Shown here: positions 8,383 through 18,861 of the stretch, one piece after another
Position numbering within the stretch: the first letter of the stretch is position 1
Layout: every line of letters begins with the position of its first letter
Origin: Gammaproteobacteria bacterium
GTDB lineage: Bacteria; Pseudomonadota; Gammaproteobacteria; Methylococcales; UBA2780
DNA length: 36,645 bases
Direction of reading: 5' to 3'
Assembly: GCA_003646305.1 (NCBI GenBank)
Contig: QNFJ01000002.1
Span: 1-36,645 of the forward strand
Program-made: the position numbers and the translations under genes
The notes under the pieces: model-generated
The model's database searches: none
Told to the model about the DNA's origin: nothing
Seen by the model: the letters and a program-made list of their open reading frames with translations, nothing else

Positions 8383-8943
8383 TTACAGGCCTCGCTTTAA
8401 TAACGGCAATGCAGCTCTAAGATAGCTAATCATTGACCATAGCGTCAAAACTGCTGCGACAAATAGAAGCAAATATCCAATATCACGTAGCGGGATATTC
8501 TCATAGTCTGAACCATACAGCAGGACCACAATGGCTAACATTTGAAATGTTGTCTTTACTTTCCCCAGCCAAGAAACCTTGATTTTTGCACGCTCTCCCA
8601 GCTCTGCCATCCATTCTCGTAGTGAGGTAATCGTGATTTCTCGCCCAATAATAACTGCCGACGCGATGGCTAGAGAGGGCGATGGGTCATTTTGAACGAT
8701 TAACACGAGTGCAACAGCAACCATTAATTTATCTGCAACCGGATCTAGAAATGCTCCAAATGCCGTCATCTGCTGCCACCTTCTTGCCAGATAACCATCC
8801 AGCCAGTCAGTCAGCGCAGCAATCGAGAAAATCACCACGCAGGCGATATTTGACCAGTCAACGGGTAGATAGCAAAACAACACCAGCACTGGAATCAGGA
8901 CGATGCGTAGTAATGTTAATGTTGTGGGCAGGTTAAATCTCAT
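8383..8943 (-). CDS. pgsA: CDP-diacylglycerol--glycerol-3-phosphate 3-phosphatidyltransferase
   Basis: MRFNLPTTLTLLRIVLIPV start and the CDP-alcohol phosphatidyltransferase motif DWLDGYLARR...G.FLDPVADK. Order uvrC-pgsA-tRNA-Gly-tRNA-Cys as in E. coli. Confidence 0.92.
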   Translation of the reverse strand: MRFNLPTTLTLLRIVLIPVLVLFCYLPVDWSNIACVVIFSIAALTDWLDGYLARRWQQMTAFGAFLDPVADKLMVAVALVLIVQNDPSPSLAIASAVIIGREITITSLREWMAELGERAKIKVSWLGKVKTTFQMLAIVVLLYGSDYENIPLRDIGYLLLFVAAVLTLWSMISYLRAALPLLKRGL

Positions 8944-10774
8944 TCTTTAACCCTGTATCATGAAATGTGTCATATATTTTCTGTGCTAACTGTTTGCTGA
9001 TTCCCTCGACCATTTTTAAGGAATCAACATTTGCTCGGCGTATATTTTGCAACCCACCAAACTGCTTAAGCAGCTTCTGCCTTCTTTTCGGCCCCAGGCC
9101 GGCAATCTGCTCTAGGGGTGACTCTTTTTTGCTCTTACCCCGCCGTGTGCGGTGCGCGGTAATTGCAAAACGGTGCGCCTCATCCCGTATCATCTGAATC
9201 AGGAGAAATGCAGGAGAGTCTGGCTCAATATCTATCGGCCCTGGATAACCCACCCGATAAAGCAACTCTGAACCGGCTTTTCGATCTGGCCCCTTGGAAA
9301 CACCGATGACTATCATATCTGATATTTCAAGTGCATTCAGACTTTCACTCACCGAGCTAAGCTGTCCTTTACCTCCATCAATAAACAGAATATCCGGTTT
9401 CTTATGCTCTCCTTTTTTTAGTCGTTTAAAACGCCTGCTAACAGCTTGAGAAAGCGCCGCATAATCGTCTCCCGGTGTGATTCCCTCAATATTAAACCGT
9501 CTATAGGCTGACTTAAGCGGCCCCTCGTGATCGAAGACAACACAGGAGGCCACTGTTTTGTCTCCTTGCGTATGGCTAATATCGAAACATTCCATTCGCT
9601 CTATTTCATTTTCCATACCTAAAACGGCTCGTAACGACTGGTAACGTTCAGATAGACTCTTCTTGCTAGAGACTCGGCTATTTAGGGCATTCTGCGCATT
9701 CAATCCTGCCATCTCTAGCCATTTTGCTCGGTCACCTCGTACGTTATGTTTGATTGAAACCTTGTGTCTGCTTTGCTCGCCCAAAACGGATTCTAACCAC
9801 TCTGCATCATCTACAGCATGATTTACCAGCAGCTCTTTTGGAGGCACTCTCGTCATGTAGTATTGGGCGATAAATGCCGATAAAACGGCACCCTCTTCCT
9901 GCCTATTCTGTGATCGTGGATAAAAAATCTGACTCCCCGTGTGCTGACCTTTTCTGATGAAGAAAACCTGTACTGATGACTGTCTCTCAATTGTGCAGCA
10001 GGCAACAATATCAAGATCCCCTTTTTCACCACTCACATATTGCTTCTCGAGCACTTTTCTCAATGTCGCTATTTGATCCCTGCAAATTGTCGCATGTTCA
10101 AAGTCTAAGTTATGAGACGCCTTTTCCATTTTTTCCACCAACTCATCAATTAGCCGGTTTCCCTTCCCTTCTAGAAACATAATGGTATGCCGTACATCTT
10201 CCCTGTAGTTCGCCTCACTGATCAGATTAGTGCAGGGCGCAGAGCAGCGTTCAATTTGATGTTGCAAACAGGGCCTTGAGCGGTTCTTAAAAAAAGAGTC
10301 TTCACATTGACGAATGGGAAATACTTTTTGTAACAGGTGCAAACTTTCACGCACCGCACCTACGCTTGAATAAGGCCCCAGGTAGCGCCCCTGCTTGCGC
10401 CTTGCACCTCTATGTACTGTGATACGCGGAAATTCTTGATCCGTGGAGAGATAGATATAGGGATAGCTTTTATCATCTCTCAAACAAATATTGTAGCGAG
10501 GCCTCAAGCTCTTGATTAACTGACACTCTAATAACAGCGCTTCATTTTCACTCCCTGTGACAATCGTCTCAATCGACTGAACATGGGAGATCATTACCCG
10601 CTGCTTTATGCTCGAACTATTTGAGCGGAAATAGCTTGAAACTCTGTTTTTAAGGTTCTTTGCTTTGCCCACATAGATCACCGTCCCACGCTCATCCAGC
10701 ATTTTGTAAATACCGGGGTGAGTTGTCAGGCTTTTTAAAAATGGCTTGTGATCGAATAATGGCGCTAATGTCAT
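8933..10774 (-). CDS. uvrC: Excinuclease ABC subunit C
   Basis: GIY-YIG N-terminus (PGIYKMLDERGTVIYVGKAKNLKNRVSSYF), UvrB-interacting region, RNase H-like endonuclease domain and C-terminal (HhH)2 (LEQIAGLGPKRRQKLLKQFG). 613 aa. Confidence 0.95.
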   Translation of the reverse strand: MTLAPLFDHKPFLKSLTTHPGIYKMLDERGTVIYVGKAKNLKNRVSSYFRSNSSSIKQRVMISHVQSIETIVTGSENEALLLECQLIKSLRPRYNICLRDDKSYPYIYLSTDQEFPRITVHRGARRKQGRYLGPYSSVGAVRESLHLLQKVFPIRQCEDSFFKNRSRPCLQHQIERCSAPCTNLISEANYREDVRHTIMFLEGKGNRLIDELVEKMEKASHNLDFEHATICRDQIATLRKVLEKQYVSGEKGDLDIVACCTIERQSSVQVFFIRKGQHTGSQIFYPRSQNRQEEGAVLSAFIAQYYMTRVPPKELLVNHAVDDAEWLESVLGEQSRHKVSIKHNVRGDRAKWLEMAGLNAQNALNSRVSSKKSLSERYQSLRAVLGMENEIERMECFDISHTQGDKTVASCVVFDHEGPLKSAYRRFNIEGITPGDDYAALSQAVSRRFKRLKKGEHKKPDILFIDGGKGQLSSVSESLNALEISDMIVIGVSKGPDRKAGSELLYRVGYPGPIDIEPDSPAFLLIQMIRDEAHRFAITAHRTRRGKSKKESPLEQIAGLGPKRRQKLLKQFGGLQNIRRANVDSLKMVEGISKQLAQKIYDTFHDTGLKNEI

Positions 10775-10800
10775 TACGCTTTGTTTGTTTCTATATCCTC

Positions 10801-10841
10801 AAAACAAAAAGGCCGAACAGTTTAAAACCGTCGGCCTTTTT
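10801..10841 (-). terminator. Rho-independent (bidirectional-looking) terminator after phaR
   Basis: AGGCCGA (10810-10816) pairs with TCGGCCT (10831-10837). Flanked by an A-run on one side and TTTT on the other, so the minus strand reads stem then TTTTTGTTTT. Confidence 0.6.
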
Positions 10842-10860
10842 ATCTAACTAAAAGGTGGCT

Positions 10861-11325
10861 CTATTCTTTACTCTCTGCTTTACTAGCAGCCGCTCCAAAA
10901 AGGCCATCTTGCATATCCTGCCAGATCTTCAGATTCCGCTTGGTCATATCTGACATCATTGAAACAGGATCGGTCACCATTACAGAGCTCAGTTTGTTTT
11001 TCATTTCACACCGCTGCTCACCGAGTAAAACAAAAGTTTTTTCGAGATACCTTGCAACATTACCTTGCACCGGATCACCATAAAAGCGAATCAACTGCTC
11101 CAGGGTGTTGGTGCTTAACATAGGCTCGCCACCTTCCTCTTGCTCAATAATAATCTGCAACAAGATTGTGCGCGTAATCTCTTCTTTGCTCTTCGCGTCA
11201 ATAATCTGGAAATCCTCATGAGCCATTACCAGCTCTTTAACATCACTCAGCGTTATATATTTACTCAGCGTTGTGTCGTAAAGCCGCCTGTTGGGATACT
11301 TCTTTATGATTCTTTGTTCACTCAT
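10861..11325 (-). CDS. phaR: Polyhydroxyalkanoate synthesis repressor PhaR
   Basis: Characteristic N-terminus IKKYPNRRLYDTTLSKYITLSDV and the PhaR-type repeat region (ILLQIIIEQEEGG...L....L.QLIRFYG). Confidence 0.88.
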   Translation of the reverse strand: MSEQRIIKKYPNRRLYDTTLSKYITLSDVKELVMAHEDFQIIDAKSKEEITRTILLQIIIEQEEGGEPMLSTNTLEQLIRFYGDPVQGNVARYLEKTFVLLGEQRCEMKNKLSSVMVTDPVSMMSDMTKRNLKIWQDMQDGLFGAAASKAESKE

Positions 11326-11351
11326 TGAATTTCCAATACCAAATAAATTGA

Positions 11352-12092
11352 CTAGATCGTTATGTGTTGACCACCATTTGGAGAAATATCACAACCTGTC
11401 ATATAAGCTGCACCATCAGAAGCCATAAACGAAACATACCCAGCCATTTCTTCAGGTGTGCCTAAGCGCCCCATTGGGATTGTTGCAACAATAGATTCCA
11501 TCACTTTTTCAGGAATCGCCAACACCATTTCCGTTGCAATATACCCCGGAGAAAGCGTGTTAACCGTCACACCCTTGGTCGCCAGTTCACGCGCCAGAGA
11601 CATCGTAAAACCATACATTCCCGCTTTGGCTGTACAGTAATTAACCTGCCCCATCTGACCCCTGCGACCATTTACAGAAGAGATGTTGATGATACGACCA
11701 AATCCACGCTCCGACATACCAGCCGTCACCTGTTTAGTCACGTTAAAAAGACTATCCAAGTTAGTTGCGATCACTGCACTCCACTTGCTTTGATCCATTT
11801 TTTTAAACATGCTATCTTTTGTGATCCCCGCATTGTTGACCAAAATATCAATTGGACCTACTGCCGATTCTGCTTCTGCAACCGCTGCAGCGCAGGCATC
11901 AAAATCTGCAACGTTACATTGCACAATCGTAAAATCATAACCATCTGCCTTTTGTGCTTCTTTCCATTTTTGGGCTTTTTCAGGGTTATTATATGCAGCA
12001 ACAACCGTTACACCATCATCGGCAAGGCGGCGGCAAATAGCTGTTCCAATCCCACCTGTTCCCCCTGTTACAAAAGCAATTCTTTGACTCAT
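11352..12092 (-). CDS. phaB: Acetoacetyl-CoA reductase (SDR family)
   Basis: IAFVTGGTGGIGTAICRRL Rossmann motif, NNAGIT, and catalytic S...Y..AK (NYCTAKAG). 246 aa, 26 nt upstream of phaR. The specific phaB assignment, as opposed to another FabG-like SDR, is inferred from context. Confidence 0.8.
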   Translation of the reverse strand: MSQRIAFVTGGTGGIGTAICRRLADDGVTVVAAYNNPEKAQKWKEAQKADGYDFTIVQCNVADFDACAAAVAEAESAVGPIDILVNNAGITKDSMFKKMDQSKWSAVIATNLDSLFNVTKQVTAGMSERGFGRIINISSVNGRRGQMGQVNYCTAKAGMYGFTMSLARELATKGVTVNTLSPGYIATEMVLAIPEKVMESIVATIPMGRLGTPEEMAGYVSFMASDGAAYMTGCDISPNGGQHITI

Positions 12093-12279
12093 TCCCTACT
12101 CCTCAAGCATTATGAAAAAAATAAATAACCTAGTATTTTTCTAAATTTATCTAAGTTGATCTTTTTTAACACAGATTGTTTTTTTGTTCCAGAAACAGAC
12201 AAAAAAAAAGAGCTAAAAGCCCAATGGACAAGCTGTATCAAAATCTAAAGTTCTGTTCTTTTGGGATCGCGTGTAAAAG

Positions 12280-12310
12280 TTCCAAACAAAACAAAGGGCC
12301 TTTCGGCCCT
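12280..12310 (-). terminator. Rho-independent terminator after pnp
   Basis: The minus strand reads AGGGCC-GAAA-GGCCCT (12295-12310) followed by TTGTTTTGTTT. Confidence 0.7.
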
Positions 12311-12316
12311 CTATTT

Positions 12317-14389
12317 TTAATCGACTTCTTTCATGCTGAGGCGGACACGCCCTTGACGATCAATCTCCAACACTTTAACTCTGACTAGGTCTCCCTCACT
12401 CAGCTTATCACTGACGTTTTCGACTCTGTCCTGTGAGATTTGAGAGATATGCACCAACCCATCCTTTCCAGGAAGGATCGTTACAAAGGCACCAAAGTCC
12501 ATCAAGCGCGCCACTTTCCCTTCGTAGATCTTTCCGACTTCGACTTCTGCCGTAATATCTTCGATCTGTTTACGAGCAGCCTCACCAGCCTTCAGATCAA
12601 CCGACGCAATCTTAATAACACCATCATCAGTGATATCAATGCTTGCACCCGTCTCTTCAGTAATTGAACGAATAGTCGCACCACCTTTACCAATCACATC
12701 ACGAATTTTGCTAGGATCAATATTGATTGTGAGAATTCTAGGAGCAAATTCCGACATTTCAGCACGTGTCTCTCCAAGCGCTTCATTCATTTTTTCAAGA
12801 ATGGTTAAACGACCACCTTTAGCCTGCTCCAATGCGTTTTTCATAATCTCAGGTGTAATACCGTCAATCTTGATATCCATTTGCAATGCATTGATGCCTT
12901 CGGCCGTACCGGCTACTTTGAAATCCATATCGCCCAGGTGATCTTCATCACCGAGGATATCGGACAATACTGCATAACGGTCATCTTCTTTGATCAAACC
13001 CATCGCGATTCCGGCAACAGGTGCTTTCAAAGGAACGCCTGCATCCATCAATGCGAGGCTTGTTCCGCAAACAGACGCCATTGAGCTCGAACCATTTGAC
13101 TCGATAATTTCAGAAACAACACGAATGACATAAGGGAAATCATCAGCACTTGGCAGCACTGCCTCAATACTGCGTCGAGCCAATTTTCCATGACCAATTT
13201 CACGACGTTTTGGTGAACCAACGAAACCGGTTTCACCAACGCAAAATGGAGGGAAATTGTAATGTAACATAAAGTTATCGTGATATGAACCTTCGAGCGC
13301 ATCAATTAACTGAGCATCTCTTCCTGTTCCCAGTGTTGCCACAACAATGGCCTGTGTCTCTCCGCGCGTAAAAAGTGCCGAACCATGTGTGCGAGGTAAA
13401 ACGCCTGTACGAACAGAAATCTTTCGAACTGTTTGTAGGTCACGTCCATCAATACGTTTGCCTGTTGCGAGCACAGAGCCACGAACAACCTCTTTTTCTA
13501 GCTTTCCAAACAGCGCTTTAACTTCTGCGCCATCAATGCTTTCGTCAGCAGTCAATTTTTCGACTAGAGCAGAGCGAACTTCTTTAAGCTTATCCTGACG
13601 CGCCATCTTTTCAGAAATCTGGTAGGCCGCTGTAACAGCCGCTTCAGCTTCAGCATAAACGGTTGTCTTCAGCGCTTCATTTATCGCTGGAGCTGCCCAT
13701 TCCCAAACGGGCTTTCCAACTTCTGTAGCAAGTTCTTTAATCGCCTGAATAGCTGGCTGCATCTGTTCATGTCCAAACAGTACCGCGCCCAGCATGATCT
13801 CTTCAGAAAGTTGATCCGCTTCAGACTCAACCATTAGAACCGCTTTATCTGTACCAGCAACAACCAGATCCAAACTTGATTCTTCTACATCAGTCCGAGA
13901 TGGGTTAAGCAGGTATTCGCCATCTTTGTAGCCGATGCGTGCTGCACCAATTGGACCATTGAATGGGATACCTGAGATCGCAACCGCGGCTGAAGCACCG
14001 ATCAACGCAGGAATATCTGGAGAAACTTCAGGGTTTAGCGAGATAAGTGTCGCAATAATCTGAACTTCGTTTTTGAATCCCTTCGGGAAAAGAGGACGTA
14101 AAGGTCTGTCAATCAATCGACAAATAAGTGTCTCTTTTTCAGTTGGACGACCTTCTCGCTTAAAAAATCCACCTGGGATTTTCCCGGCTGCGTAGGCTTT
14201 TTCCTGATAATTAACCGTTAAGGGGAAGAAATCACGCTCCTGGTCATCTAGCTTACCAACCACACTGACAAGAAGGGATGTCCCGCCCATATCAATTAAG
14301 ATTGCGCCATCTGCCTGGCGAGCAATCTCACCTGTTTCGATTGTGACCAGCTGGTCGCCAAATTTAAACTCTTTCCGAATAGAATTCAT
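12317..14389 (-). CDS. pnp: Polyribonucleotide nucleotidyltransferase (PNPase)
   Basis: Two RNase PH domains plus KH ([13 protein letters not shown]) and S1 ([18 protein letters not shown]) domains. I prefer ATG at 14389 ([12 protein letters not shown] Shine-Dalgarno 9 nt upstream) over the listed TTG at 14392. Confidence 0.95.
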   Translation of the reverse strand: MNSIRKEFKFGDQLVTIETGEIARQADGAILIDMGGTSLLVSVVGKLDDQERDFFPLTVNYQEKAYAAGKIPGGFFKREGRPTEKETLICRLIDRPLRPLFPKGFKNEVQIIATLISLNPEVSPDIPALIGASAAVAISGIPFNGPIGAARIGYKDGEYLLNPSRTDVEESSLDLVVAGTDKAVLMVESEADQLSEEIMLGAVLFGHEQMQPAIQAIKELATEVGKPVWEWAAPAINEALKTTVYAEAEAAVTAAYQISEKMARQDKLKEVRSALVEKLTADESIDGAEVKALFGKLEKEVVRGSVLATGKRIDGRDLQTVRKISVRTGVLPRTHGSALFTRGETQAIVVATLGTGRDAQLIDALEGSYHDNFMLHYNFPPFCVGETGFVGSPKRREIGHGKLARRSIEAVLPSADDFPYVIRVVSEIIESNGSSSMASVCGTSLALMDAGVPLKAPVAGIAMGLIKEDDRYAVLSDILGDEDHLGDMDFKVAGTAEGINALQMDIKIDGITPEIMKNALEQAKGGRLTILEKMNEALGETRAEMSEFAPRILTINIDPSKIRDVIGKGGATIRSITEETGASIDITDDGVIKIASVDLKAGEAARKQIEDITAEVEVGKIYEGKVARLMDFGAFVTILPGKDGLVHISQISQDRVENVSDKLSEGDLVRVKVLEIDRQGRVRLSMKEVD

Positions 14390-14420
14390 CAAGTATTGTT
14401 CCTATGAGATAAGCGGGTAC

Positions 14421-14690
14421 TTACTTACGTAAGCCTAATCTTTCAATCAAAGAGCGGTAACGAGCCGCATCTTTTCTTTTTAGGTAATCGAGCAACTTGC
14501 GGCGCTGGTTAACCAAGCGCAATAGGCCCTGTCTTGAATGGTGATCTTTCTTATGCTCTGCGAAATGAGGCGTAAGATGTTTGATACGAGCAGTTAAAAG
14601 TGCAACCTGAACTTCGGTAGACCCTGTGTCATCTTTTGACAACTGATACTCTTGTACCACTGCACTCGTTTGCTCTGCAGTAAACGGCAT
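14421..14690 (-). CDS. rpsO: 30S ribosomal protein S15
   Basis: 89 aa with [29 protein letters not shown]; AGGAG Shine-Dalgarno upstream. Confidence 0.95.
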   Translation of the reverse strand: MPFTAEQTSAVVQEYQLSKDDTGSTEVQVALLTARIKHLTPHFAEHKKDHHSRQGLLRLVNQRRKLLDYLKRKDAARYRSLIERLGLRK

Positions 14691-14733
14691 GTAAAACTCC
14701 TAAATTTTGATAAACGAATTAAAAAACTTGATA

Positions 14734-14762
14734 ATTTTAACGCTTGTAGGCGCTTGTAACAA
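14734..14762 (-). promoter_or_regulatory. Candidate rpsO promoter overlapping a 15-bp palindrome
   Basis: The minus strand has TTGTTA (14762-14757), a 17-nt spacer, then TAAAAT (14739-14734). The palindrome CGCTTGTTACAAGCG (14751-14765) overlaps the -35. Confidence 0.4.
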
Positions 14763-14804
14763 GCGAATTCCTACTAATCTGGCAAATAGCACCGCATTGG
14801 AAAG

Positions 14805-15734
14805 CTAGAGATTAAATAGCCTTTTTGGCGCCAAACGTCCCGCGTCATCTATTTTGCCTAACCCAATAAATCCACAAGAAGCATCATACATCCTGACTAA
14901 CCCTTCCATCCTCTCTCTCCGAACATCTGGGCACTCTACCGCTTGCCCCTGCTTGATGTGCCATGCAAGTGAGTCGGACAAGTTAAGCTTCGGCCATTCT
15001 GAAATCGCTGCATCAACCGGTAATAACGTTGCCATCAGGGACTCTCCTCCCTCTTTAGACAGGGCCTCAAGCTGGCCCAGGCTGAACGCATTTTCAACAT
15101 TAAAGCAATTCACTTCTGTGCGACGAAGTATCTCTACATGCGCACCACAACCCATTTTCTTTCCAATATCTTCGGCTAACGTACGAATGTAGGTCCCTTT
15201 TGAACAAAGCACATCCAGCTCGAGACTCGCCTCATCAAAACCGGTCAAGTGAAGCTCGTGAATGATAATTTTTCTCGCTTTTCTTTCGACTTCCAGCCCT
15301 TTTCTGGCCAGCTTATAGAGACGCTCCCCATTATGCTTTAGAGCCGAATACATGGGGGGAACCTGGCTAATTTCGCCTTCAAACCCCTTTAAAATGACCC
15401 CGAGGTCAGCTTGAGTAAATAAGGGAACTGGCTTTTCAGAAATGATAGCACCCTCTTTGTCACCACTATCTGTGACCACACCAAGCCTGACTTTAACCTG
15501 ATAACGCTTATCGCCATCAAGCAAATAGGCGGAGACTTTTGTTGCTTCACCAAAACAGATAGGTAAAAGCCCACTGGCCAGAGGATCTAAACTACCTGTA
15601 TGCCCTGCCTTCCGGGCATTAAATATAGACTTTGCTCGTTGCAGCTCAGAATTTGATGAACGACCAGTACCTTTATCTAATAATAGAATCCCGCTGATAT
15701 GCTGCCCTTTGGACAGCCTGCCTCGACGTCCCAT
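14805..15734 (-). CDS. truB: tRNA pseudouridine(55) synthase
   Basis: GILLLDKGTGRSSN and catalytic-Asp motif KAGHTGSLDPLASGLLPI. Conserved position between rbfA and rpsO. Confidence 0.93.
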   Translation of the reverse strand: MGRRGRLSKGQHISGILLLDKGTGRSSNSELQRAKSIFNARKAGHTGSLDPLASGLLPICFGEATKVSAYLLDGDKRYQVKVRLGVVTDSGDKEGAIISEKPVPLFTQADLGVILKGFEGEISQVPPMYSALKHNGERLYKLARKGLEVERKARKIIIHELHLTGFDEASLELDVLCSKGTYIRTLAEDIGKKMGCGAHVEILRRTEVNCFNVENAFSLGQLEALSKEGGESLMATLLPVDAAISEWPKLNLSDSLAWHIKQGQAVECPDVRRERMEGLVRMYDASCGFIGLGKIDDAGRLAPKRLFNL

Positions 15735-16114
15735 TAATCGCTATCCGCGTCATCTTTTTTATCTGGCAAGTCCAGGTTTTCGATTAGCGTTGTTAACCGT
15801 GCACCACGCTCAATGGACTCATCAAATACAAATCTTAATTCGGGCACCCTGCGCATCCTGACCCGACCAGACAACGCATGACGTAACCAGGGCGCTGATT
15901 TATTTAGAATTTTCAGGCTTTCTTCTATCTGGCTCTCATCGGCATTCATCACTCCGACGTAAACTTTTGCTACATCCAGATCTCGCGAAACTCGAACCGT
16001 ATTAACGGTAATAAAACCCAGCTTTGGGTTTCTAAACTCCATTTGGATGGTTGTTGCCAGCTCTCGCTGCACCTCCGCAGCAACACGATCACTTCTACTA
16101 AATTCTCGAGCCAT
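15734..16114 (-). CDS. rbfA: Ribosome-binding factor A
   Basis: EFSRSDRVAAEVQRELA...DPKLGFITV..V.VSRDL..AKVY pattern. 1-nt overlaps with both infB and truB. Confidence 0.92.
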   Translation of the reverse strand: MAREFSRSDRVAAEVQRELATTIQMEFRNPKLGFITVNTVRVSRDLDVAKVYVGVMNADESQIEESLKILNKSAPWLRHALSGRVRMRRVPELRFVFDESIERGARLTTLIENLDLPDKKDDADSD

Positions 16115-18831
16115 TAGAGAGTCCGTTTAACCTCCACACGATCAAACACCTCAATCTGGTCACCTGGCTGCACATCAGTATAATTCTTCACAGCAATACC
16201 GCACTCCATGCCTGATTTAACTTCATTAACATCATCTTTGAAGCGCCTTAATGACTCTAGCTGACCTTCATAAATAACGACGTTATCACGCAACACGCGA
16301 ATCGGAAGGTTTCGCTTCACAACCCCTTCTGTCACCATACAACCCGCGACTGCGCCGAATTTTGGAGAACGAAAAACATCTCGGACATTAGCAACACCCA
16401 GTATCTGTTCCTGGATCTCTGGCGCCAGAAGACCACTCACCGCACGCTTAACCTCATCGATCACATCATAAATAATACTGTAATAATGCAGATCAATTCC
16501 TTTCCCTTCGATTAGCTTTCTGGCACTCGCATCTGCACGTACATTAAAACCGATCACGATTGCACCGGCAGCGATTGCCAGATTAGCATCTCCCTCGTTG
16601 ATGCCGCCCACACCTGCCGAGATAACTTTTACTTTAACCTCTTCGTGGGAGATATTTATGAGCGCATCACGTAGTGCTTCTAAACTGCCTCGAACATCTG
16701 TTTTCAGGACAATTTTCAGCTCGTCAACATCACCTTCTGACATTTGATTGAAAAGTCCTTCCAGTCGCGCAGATTGTTGTTCTGCGAGCACACCCGCACG
16801 ATTCCTATTTTGACGCAAAGAAGCCAGTTCTTTTGCTTTACGCTCATCAGGGACAACCATAAACTCATCCCCAGCCTCGGGAATTCCAGATAGCCCCAGA
16901 ATCTCAACCGGCATAGAAGGTGTAGCCTCTTTTACCGGCTTACCATTTTCATCAAAAACAGCTCGAATACGTCCAAACTCCTCACCGCTCAAGACAATAT
17001 CGCCTTTCTTTAACGTTCCTTTCTGAACCAGCAACGACGCAACAGCACCTCGCCCTTTATCAAGACGCGCCTCAATCACAACACCCTGAGCCGCCATTTC
17101 AAGCGGCGCCTTAAGCTCCAGCATTTCAGACTGCAACAAGATAGTTTCCAGCAACTCATCAACACCTTGGCCTGTTTTGGCAGAAACATTGACAAAAATC
17201 GCGTCACCACCCCATTCTTCAGGTACAACTTCAAGCGCAACTAACTCTTGCTTAACGCGCTCAGGATCAGCTTCTTCTTTATCAATCTTGTTGACGGCAA
17301 TAATCATCGGCACACCCGCTGCACGAGAATGCTCAACCGCCTCTTTTGTCTGCGGCATCACACCATCATCCGCAGCAACAACCAGAATTACAATATCAGT
17401 TGCCTGAGCACCACGTGCACGCATCGCTGTAAATGCAGCATGGCCCGGTGTATCCAGAAAAGTGACAACACCCTGGTTCGTTTTGACTTGGTAAGCACCG
17501 ATGTGCTGGGTAATCCCGCCCGCCTCACCTGCTGCGACACGACTACTTCTAATATAATCAAGCAACGAAGTTTTGCCGTGATCAACGTGGCCCATAATGG
17601 TCACAACAGGCGCTCTTGCACTTTCAGAAATATCACTCGGCTGTACGCTGGCCAACACTTCCATTTCAAGATCATCGTCATTTTGCAAGACAGCAGTATG
17701 TCCCATCTCCTCAACCAGCAAGACAGCCGTTTCCTGATCAAGAATCTGGTTGATGGTGGCCATAATGCCCATCCCCATCATCACCTTAATGATCTCACCT
17801 GCTTTTACAGACATCCGTTGCGCAAGCTCTGAAACAATAATGGTTTCAGGCACATTGACTTCGCGAATAACGGGGGCAGTGGGTTTTTCGAAAGCATGTT
17901 TCGCATCACTGGCCACAACCGGTCTTGCCCGACCCTGCATTCTAGCTGGCTTCTTCTTGCGCCCTTTCTTGCCGCTAGCCATATGCAACTGCTTACGACC
18001 AAGGTGATCCTTTTTACCACCTGCTGGACTAGTAGAACTTTTAATTTTCGCTGTCGGTGCAACCTGTTCTTTCACTGGCTCAGCCTGCACCACTTTTGGC
18101 GCGGGCTTCGGCTTAACAGGTGCAAATTGAATCCTGTGAGAATTCTTCCTACGAACCGATTCTTTCTCTTTTTGAGCCTCAATTTCCGTCAGCTTTGCGG
18201 CCTCTTCAGCTCTCTTTTTCTCTTCTATCTTTTGGGCTTCCTGCTCTTCTATCTTTTGCGCTTCCTGCTCTTCTCTAGCCCTCTCTTCTGCGATTCTTGA
18301 AGCTTCTTCTGCAACTCTTCCAGCCTCGACTCTTGCCGCTTCTTCCTCTGTCTTTGCCGCTTCTTCCTCTGTCTTTGCCGCTTCGGCCTCTAGCCTTTCC
18401 TGTTCAGCGCTGTTAAGCGTCGCCTGCTCAGCTGCGATTTGAACCTGCTGTTCCTCTAATGCCTTTCTGGCCGCTTCCGCTTCAACTTGTTGAGTATCGT
18501 TCTCATTAACTTCCTCACGCTTAACATAAGTTTTACGCTTACGGACCTCAACACTTACAGTCTTTGAACCTGTTTTGCTAGCTGTTCGCCCTTGCTTAAG
18601 CTCGCTAACTGAACGTCTTTTAAGCGTGACTTTTTTAGGCACAACCGTTGCGCTATCTTCCTCTTTACCATGACGGTTCCTCAGGAAAACCAGCAAGCCG
18701 ACCCTTTCTTCTTCAGTCAAAACGGTATCTGCCTTCTTGACCTTTATTCCAGCCTCTTTTAGCTGCTCCATCAAGCGTTCAACGGGCACACCTACAACTC
18801 CTGCGAGTTGCTCTACTGTCACATTACTCAT
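16114..18831 (-). CDS. infB: Translation initiation factor IF-2
   Basis: GTPase motifs [21 protein letters not shown] and NKID. Charged repetitive N-terminal region. 905 aa. Confidence 0.96.
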   Translation of the reverse strand: MSNVTVEQLAGVVGVPVERLMEQLKEAGIKVKKADTVLTEEERVGLLVFLRNRHGKEEDSATVVPKKVTLKRRSVSELKQGRTASKTGSKTVSVEVRKRKTYVKREEVNENDTQQVEAEAARKALEEQQVQIAAEQATLNSAEQERLEAEAAKTEEEAAKTEEEAARVEAGRVAEEASRIAEERAREEQEAQKIEEQEAQKIEEKKRAEEAAKLTEIEAQKEKESVRRKNSHRIQFAPVKPKPAPKVVQAEPVKEQVAPTAKIKSSTSPAGGKKDHLGRKQLHMASGKKGRKKKPARMQGRARPVVASDAKHAFEKPTAPVIREVNVPETIIVSELAQRMSVKAGEIIKVMMGMGIMATINQILDQETAVLLVEEMGHTAVLQNDDDLEMEVLASVQPSDISESARAPVVTIMGHVDHGKTSLLDYIRSSRVAAGEAGGITQHIGAYQVKTNQGVVTFLDTPGHAAFTAMRARGAQATDIVILVVAADDGVMPQTKEAVEHSRAAGVPMIIAVNKIDKEEADPERVKQELVALEVVPEEWGGDAIFVNVSAKTGQGVDELLETILLQSEMLELKAPLEMAAQGVVIEARLDKGRGAVASLLVQKGTLKKGDIVLSGEEFGRIRAVFDENGKPVKEATPSMPVEILGLSGIPEAGDEFMVVPDERKAKELASLRQNRNRAGVLAEQQSARLEGLFNQMSEGDVDELKIVLKTDVRGSLEALRDALINISHEEVKVKVISAGVGGINEGDANLAIAAGAIVIGFNVRADASARKLIEGKGIDLHYYSIIYDVIDEVKRAVSGLLAPEIQEQILGVANVRDVFRSPKFGAVAGCMVTEGVVKRNLPIRVLRDNVVIYEGQLESLRRFKDDVNEVKSGMECGIAVKNYTDVQPGDQIEVFDRVEVKRTL
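18220..18274. repeat. 24-bp in-frame tandem repeat (about 2.3 copies) inside infB
   Basis: 18220-18243 CTCTTCTATCTTTTGGGCTTCCTG and 18244-18267 CTCTTCTATCTTTTGCGCTTCCTG (1 mismatch), plus a 7-nt partial copy. Encodes EQEAQKIE twice. Confidence 0.85.
18335..18391. repeat. 21-bp in-frame tandem repeat (about 2.7 copies) inside infB
   Basis: 18335-18355 and 18356-18376 are both GCCGCTTCTTCCTCTGTCTTT, followed by a degenerate third copy. Encodes the [21 protein letters not shown] run. Confidence 0.85.
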
Positions 18832-18861
18832 CTGTATATACTCCTGTGTCTGCTCGTCTGA

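Noticed and set aside
12176-12388. 70-aa plus-strand ORF in the phaB-pnp intergenic region
   Set aside because: It runs through the pnp terminator hairpin and into the 3' end of pnp on the opposite strand. It has no Shine-Dalgarno sequence and an odd composition, so it is most likely spurious.
17248-18300. Long plus-strand ORFs (194, 134 and 85 aa) inside infB. Similar antisense ORFs occur in ettA (32666..33097), nusA (19229..19567), truB (14854..15192), phaB (11790..12128), nusB/ribH (23620..23994) and pnp.
   Set aside because: All lie antisense to confidently identified conserved genes. They have low-complexity or Cys/Ser/Arg/Leu-rich, unprotein-like composition and no ribosome-binding context. 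This is typical of stop-poor frames opposite real genes.
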